NCBI GenBank assembly: GCA_964611955.1
Contig: CAZTBN010000003.1
Location: 1-40,861 of the forward strand
DNA length: 40,861 nucleotides
Source of the DNA: an uncultured Pseudomonadales bacterium
Lineage (GTDB): Bacteria > Patescibacteriota > Microgenomatia > UBA1400 > PJMF01
Direction: 5' to 3'
Part shown: piece after piece, positions 35,125-40,861 of the stretch
How the letters are laid out: the number at the start of each line of letters is the position of its first letter
Numbering within the stretch: position 1 is the first letter of the stretch
Notes under the pieces: generated by a model
Seen by the model: only the letters and a program-made list of their open reading frames with translations
Told to the model about the DNA's origin: nothing
The model's database searches: none
Translations under genes and position numbers: made by a program

Positions 35125-36222
35125 ATGTCTAATTTTTGGGAAACTTTACCCAGGCCTTTTGTTGGTTTAGCGCCCATGGATGGTCTGACCGATCAACCTT
35201 TGCGCCAGATTGTCAAACAGTATGGCAATCCAGATGTTGTTTTTACTGAGTTTGTGAATGTTGAGGGTCTGTGTCATAACGCTGAGCGATTATTGGCGCC
35301 TCTGCTTTATGATGCGACCCAACGCCCGATTGTAGCCCAACTTTATGGTAAAACTCCTGAATCTTTTCGCCAGGCTACTATTTTGGTAGCTCAATTGGGT
35401 TTTGATGGCATTGATATTAATATGGGTTGTCCTTCCAAAAGCGTAGCTGGTGGTGGTGCCGGGGCTGGTTTGATTAAAACTCCTGTTTTAGCCGGCGAAA
35501 TTATTACTGCGGTTAAGCAAGGTATTGCTGATTGGTCTAATGGCGCTACTTGTGCTGACTGTACTGATTTTTCAGAAAAATTTTGTGTTTTATTAGAACA
35601 GCAACGCTTACAAACCGGTTTAACGCCTATTAATGAACTTACTACTCATGAGTCAATCCCGGTCAGTGTTAAAACTAGATTGGGCTATGATGAGCCAGAA
35701 CTGGCAACTTGGATTAAATTTTTATTAGGTTGTGAGATTAATGCGCTCACAATTCATGGCAGAACTTATCGACAAAGTTATTCAGGTTTAGCTAACTGGG
35801 AGCTGATTGGCGAGATTGCCGAGTTAGGAGCGCATCTCAATCCTGACCTAAAAATTATTGGTAATGGCGATGTTAAATCTCGTTTACAGGGTGAAGAACT
35901 GGCTCAAAAATATAATCTGGCTGGAGTTTTAATTGGTAGAGCTGTGCAGGGTAATCCCTTTGTTTTTGCTCAGGATAAGAAGTTTTCTAATCTTAATGCA
36001 GAACAGCAAAGCCAAGTTTTGGCCAAGATTGCACTGGAGCATACGCTAATTTTTGAAAAAACTTTCGTGAGTCAACATAAGAATTTATTTTTGCCCATGC
36101 GCAAGCATTTGGCTTGGTATATGAAGGGTATACCTCAGGCTAAGGAGATTCGAAAAAAGTTAGTGCGCACTAATAATAGTCAGGAAGTTAAACAAATTTT
36201 ACAGGAATTCGAGTTGCTCTAA
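35125..36222 (+). CDS. tRNA-dihydrouridine synthase (Dus family)
   Basis: LAPMDGLTD, AQLYG, GIDINMGCP (catalytic Cys), VKTRLG, LTIHGRT and IGNGDV. Confidence 0.9.
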   Translation: MSNFWETLPRPFVGLAPMDGLTDQPLRQIVKQYGNPDVVFTEFVNVEGLCHNAERLLAPLLYDATQRPIVAQLYGKTPESFRQATILVAQLGFDGIDINMGCPSKSVAGGGAGAGLIKTPVLAGEIITAVKQGIADWSNGATCADCTDFSEKFCVLLEQQRLQTGLTPINELTTHESIPVSVKTRLGYDEPELATWIKFLLGCEINALTIHGRTYRQSYSGLANWELIGEIAELGAHLNPDLKIIGNGDVKSRLQGEELAQKYNLAGVLIGRAVQGNPFVFAQDKKFSNLNAEQQSQVLAKIALEHTLIFEKTFVSQHKNLFLPMRKHLAWYMKGIPQAKEIRKKLVRTNNSQEVKQILQEFELL

Positions 36223-36278
36223 ATTTAGTCAGCTGCCTTAAATTTAATAAAATAAAGTTATACAATTACTTCTAATTA

Positions 36279-39200
36279 ATGCTTGAACTTAAAACAACTC
36301 CAGCTTTTATTAAAGCCTATCAGCAACTCAACCCTGCTCAAAAATTAGCAGTCGATACTTTAGAAAATCCAGTCATGGTTCTGGCTGGTCCAGGATCTGG
36401 AAAAACTCAAGTTTTAACTACCAGAATTGCTAATATTTTACTTAAAACTGATGCTAATCCCAGTAATATTCTGGCTTTAACTTTTACTGATAGTGCTGCT
36501 AAAAATATGCGCGAGCGTTTGGTTCAGCTGATTGGTAAAACCGGTTACTATGTGAACATTAGTACTTTTCACTCTTTTTGTAGTGATGTGATTCGTCATA
36601 ATCCTGAATATTTTCCTTTGGCTAACGATAGTGAACCGCTAACAGAGTTAGAGCGTTATGATCTCTTTGAACAGTTGATTGACTCTAATCAGTTAGAGTT
36701 TATCAAACCGTTAAATGCTCCTTATTTATATTTAACGGCCCTAATCAAAAGTATTTCTGATCTCAAGCGGGAAGGCGTTGGGGTGAAACAGTTTGCTCAG
36801 ATGATGACACAAGAAGAACAGCTAGTTACACAATCTTTAGCTACAGAAAAACTCACTAAAGCTATACAAGAAAAAAAGCAGAAAACTCTTCATAAACAGC
36901 AAGAATTGCTCAAAATATATCAACAGTATCAGCAAGAGCTTAAAAAACGTCAGCGTTATGATTTTGATGACATGATTATGTTTGTAGTTGAGGCCTTTAG
37001 TGAACACGAGTTATTATTGCGTGAATATCAAGAGCAGCTGCATTATTTTTTAGTTGACGAGTATCAGGACACTAATAATGCTCAAAATAAGGTGGTGGAT
37101 TTACTGGCTAGTTATTGGGGTGAAAAAGCTAACATTTTTGTGGTGGGCGATCCTCATCAGGCAATTTATCGTTTTCAAGGCGCTTCCATTGAAAATATGT
37201 TGGGATTTGTGGAGAGATATCAGCAGTCGACCGTGATTAATCTGGATATTGGTTATCGTTGTCCCCCATGTATTTATCATGCTGCCCATAGTTTGATTGT
37301 TAATAACCAGTTAAGTCAGCCCACAGAGTTGGTAGCCAGTGATGCCAAAACTATTGCTAAGGAAAAATTATTAAAACTGTTAAATGAACCATTGGTTAGC
37401 AACGCATCTCTGAGCAATGCAAGTAAAAATAAATCCGACAACTTATTGCCAATCAAGGTTTTTTCTGCACCTGTGCAAACTTTAGAAACCGTGTTTGTGG
37501 CTCGGCAAATTCAGCAACTGATTAAGCAGGGTGTTGATCCTGATCAGATTGCGGTTTTGTATCGTTATAATTCTGATTCAGTTGAGCTGACGCGAGCTTT
37601 AACTAAATGGGGCATCCGTTATGACATTAATGGTGGTGATGATATTTTAAAATCTGAGTTTATCAATCAACTGTTATCTTTTTTTCAAGTGATGTTAGAT
37701 TTGCGTGATAATCAAGAAGATGAACTAGTTTATAGAATCATGCACTTTCCTTGGTTTGAGCTTGATTCTCTGGCTGTGATGAAGCTGGCTAGAGTGGCAG
37801 GCAAGCTGCAGCTGTCATTATTAGAAATCATTGATCGAGGTTATGAAACAGTGGTAACAGAAAAATTGGATAAAGTGATTAGCGAGTCAGAGTTTAACAT
37901 TATTGCTGAGTTTGTGAAGAAATTATATAACTTCAGTGCTTTAGATCATCAATTAACCTTCACCGCCTGGTTTGAGCAAGTTTTGCAAGATTCAGGTGTT
38001 TTTGCTTGGGTGCGCGCTAGCGATAATCAAGTAGAACTACTCAATGAGTTGAACTCTTTGTATAACCAAATTAAAAGTATGGTGGCGAGCGATCATCAAT
38101 TTAAATTGGTTAATTTTTTACAAGCGATTGCAGTCATGCAAGAACACAAATTGAAGATTACTGTGGAAGATTTAAATATTTCACAGGGAGCGGTGCATTT
38201 GTCAACTGTGCACAAAGCCAAGGGCCAAGAGTGGCAACATGTTTTTATTTTACAGTGTGTGGATGGTAAGTGGGGTAACCGTCGTCAAACTGAACTGATT
38301 AGTTTACCAGAAGAGATTTTGCCTAATACCAAAGTTACAGACAAAGAAAAAAATGAGGATGAGCGTCGTGCTTTTTATGTCGCTCTTACTCGTGCTAGTA
38401 AAAGCGTTATTGTTAGTTATCCTGAAACTGTGGTTGAGAATAATCGCACTGATGAAAAAGTACCGAGCTTATTTTTGCAGGAAATCGGTGCAATTGAAAA
38501 CTTGGTTGATCCTGATTTAACCAGCAACGCAGATGAGTTTTTGCAACGGTTATTAGAGCCTGCAATCATTAAACAGCCAACTCATAGTGAAAAAGAGTTT
38601 TTTCAAACTTTAGTGGCAGATTTTTCTTTATCAGTCACTGCCTTAAATTCTTATTTGCGCGATCCTCAGGAATTTGTTGAAAATAATTTGTTAAGATTGC
38701 CTCGCGCCAAAGCTATGCCCATGGTTTTTGGTACTGCAGTGCACTCTGCTTTAGAAAAATATTATTTAGCCTATTTAGAAACAGGGGCTAAACCTTCAGA
38801 AAAATCATTATTGGATAATTTTACTCAGGCTCTAAAAAAAGAAGTGTTAACCCCAACAGAGTTTGCTGACAGACTTAAATATGGTTTAAAAATTTTGAGC
38901 AATTATCATGCTCAAACTCTGGCTGATCAGCCTCAGGTAATCGAGGTGGAAAGAAAAATCGGTACTGGTTACAGACGAGCGATTTTAGACAACGACATTC
39001 ATTTAACTGGAAAAATCGATCGCATTGACTGGATTGATAAGGAAAAAAAGTTAGTTAGAGTGATTGATTACAAAACTGGCAAACCTAAAACAACCGGTTT
39101 TATTGATGGTAAGGTGAAATCAATCGGTTTATCAGCTAGAGAACAGGCTTTGCCTGACTCGATTCGTGGTCCATACAAGCGTCAGTTAATTTTTTATAAA

Positions 39201-39404
39201 TTGTTAACCCAACTGGATCGAAGTTTTAATGCTCAAGTTGCTGAGGGTGTGTTTGAGTTTGTTGAGCCTTATAAGACTAACGATAATCGGTTGATGCCGA
39301 AAAAATTTACTATTACCCAAGAAGAAGTCAATGATTTAAAAAAATTAATTAGAGTGGTGATGAAAGAAATTAGAGGCTTGGAGTTTTTGAATTCAACAGA
39401 GTAA
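36279..39404 (+). CDS. UvrD/Rep/PcrA-type superfamily-1 helicase fused to a C-terminal RecB-type PD-(D/E)XK nuclease
   Basis: Helicase motifs: Walker A AGPGSGKTQ, motif II LVDEYQDTN and motif III VVGDPHQAIYRFQGA, with the C-terminal helicase motif VALTRA. Nuclease motifs: GTAVH, GKIDRID, VIDYKTGK and YKRQLIFY. There is no Cys cluster. Confidence 0.85.
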   Translation: MLELKTTPAFIKAYQQLNPAQKLAVDTLENPVMVLAGPGSGKTQVLTTRIANILLKTDANPSNILALTFTDSAAKNMRERLVQLIGKTGYYVNISTFHSFCSDVIRHNPEYFPLANDSEPLTELERYDLFEQLIDSNQLEFIKPLNAPYLYLTALIKSISDLKREGVGVKQFAQMMTQEEQLVTQSLATEKLTKAIQEKKQKTLHKQQELLKIYQQYQQELKKRQRYDFDDMIMFVVEAFSEHELLLREYQEQLHYFLVDEYQDTNNAQNKVVDLLASYWGEKANIFVVGDPHQAIYRFQGASIENMLGFVERYQQSTVINLDIGYRCPPCIYHAAHSLIVNNQLSQPTELVASDAKTIAKEKLLKLLNEPLVSNASLSNASKNKSDNLLPIKVFSAPVQTLETVFVARQIQQLIKQGVDPDQIAVLYRYNSDSVELTRALTKWGIRYDINGGDDILKSEFINQLLSFFQVMLDLRDNQEDELVYRIMHFPWFELDSLAVMKLARVAGKLQLSLLEIIDRGYETVVTEKLDKVISESEFNIIAEFVKKLYNFSALDHQLTFTAWFEQVLQDSGVFAWVRASDNQVELLNELNSLYNQIKSMVASDHQFKLVNFLQAIAVMQEHKLKITVEDLNISQGAVHLSTVHKAKGQEWQHVFILQCVDGKWGNRRQTELISLPEEILPNTKVTDKEKNEDERRAFYVALTRASKSVIVSYPETVVENNRTDEKVPSLFLQEIGAIENLVDPDLTSNADEFLQRLLEPAIIKQPTHSEKEFFQTLVADFSLSVTALNSYLRDPQEFVENNLLRLPRAKAMPMVFGTAVHSALEKYYLAYLETGAKPSEKSLLDNFTQALKKEVLTPTEFADRLKYGLKILSNYHAQTLADQPQVIEVERKIGTGYRRAILDNDIHLTGKIDRIDWIDKEKKLVRVIDYKTGKPKTTGFIDGKVKSIGLSAREQALPDSIRGPYKRQLIFYKLLTQLDRSFNAQVAEGVFEFVEPYKTNDNRLMPKKFTITQEEVNDLKKLIRVVMKEIRGLEFLNSTE

Positions 39405-39429
39405 TGATATAATTACCGCCACTATTTTT

Positions 39430-39600
39430 AATTCTGATTTATTTTCCGTTAGCTTACTATAATGAATAAATCAGAATGGGGGTTCAAAAAGGGAATCCCC
39501 CTTGTGTGACACTAATCAAATATAAATAGCAGTCACAGGGGAACAGACCTTGATCCCGCTTAGCGGGACAAAACGCTGAGGGGCGAAGCCCCTTAGAAAT
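39430..39600 (+). other. Structured intergenic element (several stem-loops), unclassified
   Basis: TTCTGATTTATT (39432-39443) pairs perfectly with AATAAATCAGAA (39466-39477). Other stems: GGGGG...CCCCC (39478-39501), TGTGAC/GTCACA, CCCGC-TTA-GCGGG (39555-39567) and AGGGGC-GAA-GCCCCT (39579-39593). The strand is not established. Confidence 0.35.
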
Positions 39601-39656
39601 GAGTTAACTATAGATATTTATATACATTATCGTTGTTAACGAATTAATTCTAATTT

Positions 39657-40628
39657 ATGGCAAAAAATAACTTGAAATATTTGGCAACAGTGACTGATCA
39701 ACAGGGATTTGTAACAGGTTTTAAAGATGAACAGGTGATTGCTTTTGTTAAAAAATTTTTTAAAAAAAACTATAAAAATTTTTTTTATCAAAATAAACAG
39801 GCATCAGTTCAGCTTGTTGACACTACTTTTAAGTTATTAACTAAAGCCAGTCAACAAAAGGATAATCTGATTGCGTTTAATCAGGCTGTAGAAGAGATTA
39901 TTATCAATGTTTTTAAACACAATGATAAAAATTTTTGGTACAAACAACGTTATAACTATTATAAATCTGTGGTGAAGCCTGCCTCTTTTTTACAAATTAT
40001 TGAACCCAAACTTAATGGTAAAAAAATTTTGGATTTTGGTACTGGTAAGGGGTATTTTTCCGAGTTGCTTTCTTTAAGAGGTTATCAAGTCAGTGCCACT
40101 GATGTGATTGACCAATTATCAGAGGATGTGACTGATATAGAATTTAGATTAATGCCTAACAATGTTATGATTCCTTTTGATCAACGCGAATTTGACACTG
40201 CTGTGGTCAATACCGTCTTTCATCATATTGAAGAAAATGATATCAAATTGATTTTTGGTGAGTTAAGTAGAGTGGCAAAAAGTTTAATTGTGATCGAGGA
40301 TAACTGTTTTATTAAAGATCTTATTTTGGATAATAACCATCACCAAACCGATTTAAAGCATGAGTTTTTAGTTAAGCTCAGTGAACCTCAGCGCTTATCT
40401 GCTTGTAAAATAGTAGATTATTATGGCAATGCTTTAGCGCAAGGATTATATTATATTGATTTCCCTTTCAACTTCAAAAGTTCAGCAGAATGGCAAAAAT
40501 TAGCCAAACAAGCAGGATTTACTCTTACAGATCAATATACCTTAAATCTTTCCCCAAAGTCTTTGCACACTATGTTTCAAACCTTATTTGTTTTCACTAA
40601 TCAGGCTAAAACTGAGTTAATCAAATAA
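39657..40628 (+). CDS. Class I SAM-dependent methyltransferase with an N-terminal extension of unknown function
   Basis: Motif I ILDFGTGKGYF, post-I acidic VSATDV and motif IV-like VVNTVFHHI. The N-terminal about 115 aa are unassigned. Confidence 0.7.
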   Translation: MAKNNLKYLATVTDQQGFVTGFKDEQVIAFVKKFFKKNYKNFFYQNKQASVQLVDTTFKLLTKASQQKDNLIAFNQAVEEIIINVFKHNDKNFWYKQRYNYYKSVVKPASFLQIIEPKLNGKKILDFGTGKGYFSELLSLRGYQVSATDVIDQLSEDVTDIEFRLMPNNVMIPFDQREFDTAVVNTVFHHIEENDIKLIFGELSRVAKSLIVIEDNCFIKDLILDNNHHQTDLKHEFLVKLSEPQRLSACKIVDYYGNALAQGLYYIDFPFNFKSSAEWQKLAKQAGFTLTDQYTLNLSPKSLHTMFQTLFVFTNQAKTELIK

Positions 40629-40806
40629 CTGTTTTTATATATCATGTTTCAAACAATTTTAGCGGTAAGTTGTGATTCCAACTGTCATAGTTAAAATATT
40701 TGTTCGCGAACAGACTGAGCAAATGAGTTGGTATAGCCTGATTTTCAAATCAAGGAAGCAAATAAATTACTAGTAGTTAGGCAACTACTTACTAATTTTT
40801 ATATTT

Positions 40807-40861
40807 TTAGTAGGTAATTAGTAGGTAATTAGTAGGTAATTAGTAGGTAATTAGTAGGTAA
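40807..40861 (+). repeat. Perfect tandem repeat, 11-bp unit TTAGTAGGTAA x5, truncated by the window end
   Basis: Units at 40807, 40818, 40829, 40840 and 40851, all identical. Degenerate copies lie just upstream: TAGTAGTTAGG at 40771-40781, and an inverted CTACTTACTAA at 40785-40795. Confidence 0.9.

Noticed and set aside
262-37289. Short ORFs nested in or antisense to longer genes (262-462, 3037-3237, 4149-4373, 8697-8882, 8879-9160, 10069-10290, 15054-15278, 18110-18370, 19098-19394, 21600-21785, 24159-24344, 28871-29092, 29507-29692, 33280-33549, 37054-37236, 37101-37289).
   Set aside because: Each lies entirely inside a longer ORF that has recognisable motifs or membrane topology. Their translations are low-complexity (K/L/N/I-rich), as expected from AT-rich off-frames.
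1-40861. Alternative genetic code (UGA recoding, as in some CPR lineages).
   Set aside because: RF2 with an intact SPF motif is present, and TGA is used as a stop (genes ending at 26610 and 34998). All conserved genes are full length under the standard code.
40807-40861. CRISPR array.
   Set aside because: The repeats are 11 bp long and directly abutting, with no spacers. No cas genes are in the window.

Overview
Low-GC bacterial chromosomal segment. Hand counts give about 35% GC in a typical coding line and 15% in an intergenic line. It uses the standard genetic code: TGA ends the genes at 26610 and 34998, and an intact RF2 gene is present. The gene content suggests a small-genome Patescibacteria/CPR-like organism (DUF4012-type protein, many membrane-anchored ORFans, compact overlapping operons), but that is inference only.

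I support about 33 CDS, 2 tRNAs (Pro-GGG, Ser-UGA), several intrinsic terminators and one tandem repeat.
- Minus-strand housekeeping block (176-17015): prfB, ftsE, ftsX with a coiled-coil C39-like hydrolase, a DUF4012-like protein, an SBP-family-5 protein, secG, rny and recA.
- Plus-strand four-gene operon (7543-12064): alpha/beta hydrolase, membrane-fused Mur ligase, DegT-type PLP enzyme and a FemABX transferase.
- Further plus-strand genes: csp and capA-like.
- Envelope glycan cluster (22083-34998): GT2, GT4, GT1, a 1224-aa GT-C-like membrane protein and a lectin-plus-C39-like protein.
- Remaining genes: dus, a UvrD-type helicase fused to a RecB-type nuclease, and a SAM methyltransferase.

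The most unusual feature is a roughly 0.85-kb high-GC cassette (about 27100-27970; hand counts 63-67% GC) inside the glycan cluster. It encodes a Thr-rich lipoprotein. A perfect TTGACA-17-TATAAT promoter and a roughly 475-nt leader tiled with long hairpins precede it, and I could not assign that leader to any known RNA family.

Other points worth a second look:
- a duplicated tRNA-Pro 3' end (att-like)
- an FtsEX-linked hydrolase with a non-canonical catalytic domain
- structured intergenic elements at 1-120 and 39405-39656
- a perfect 11-bp x5 tandem repeat that runs off the window end

I saw no CRISPR array, integrase, transposase, reverse transcriptase or rRNA.
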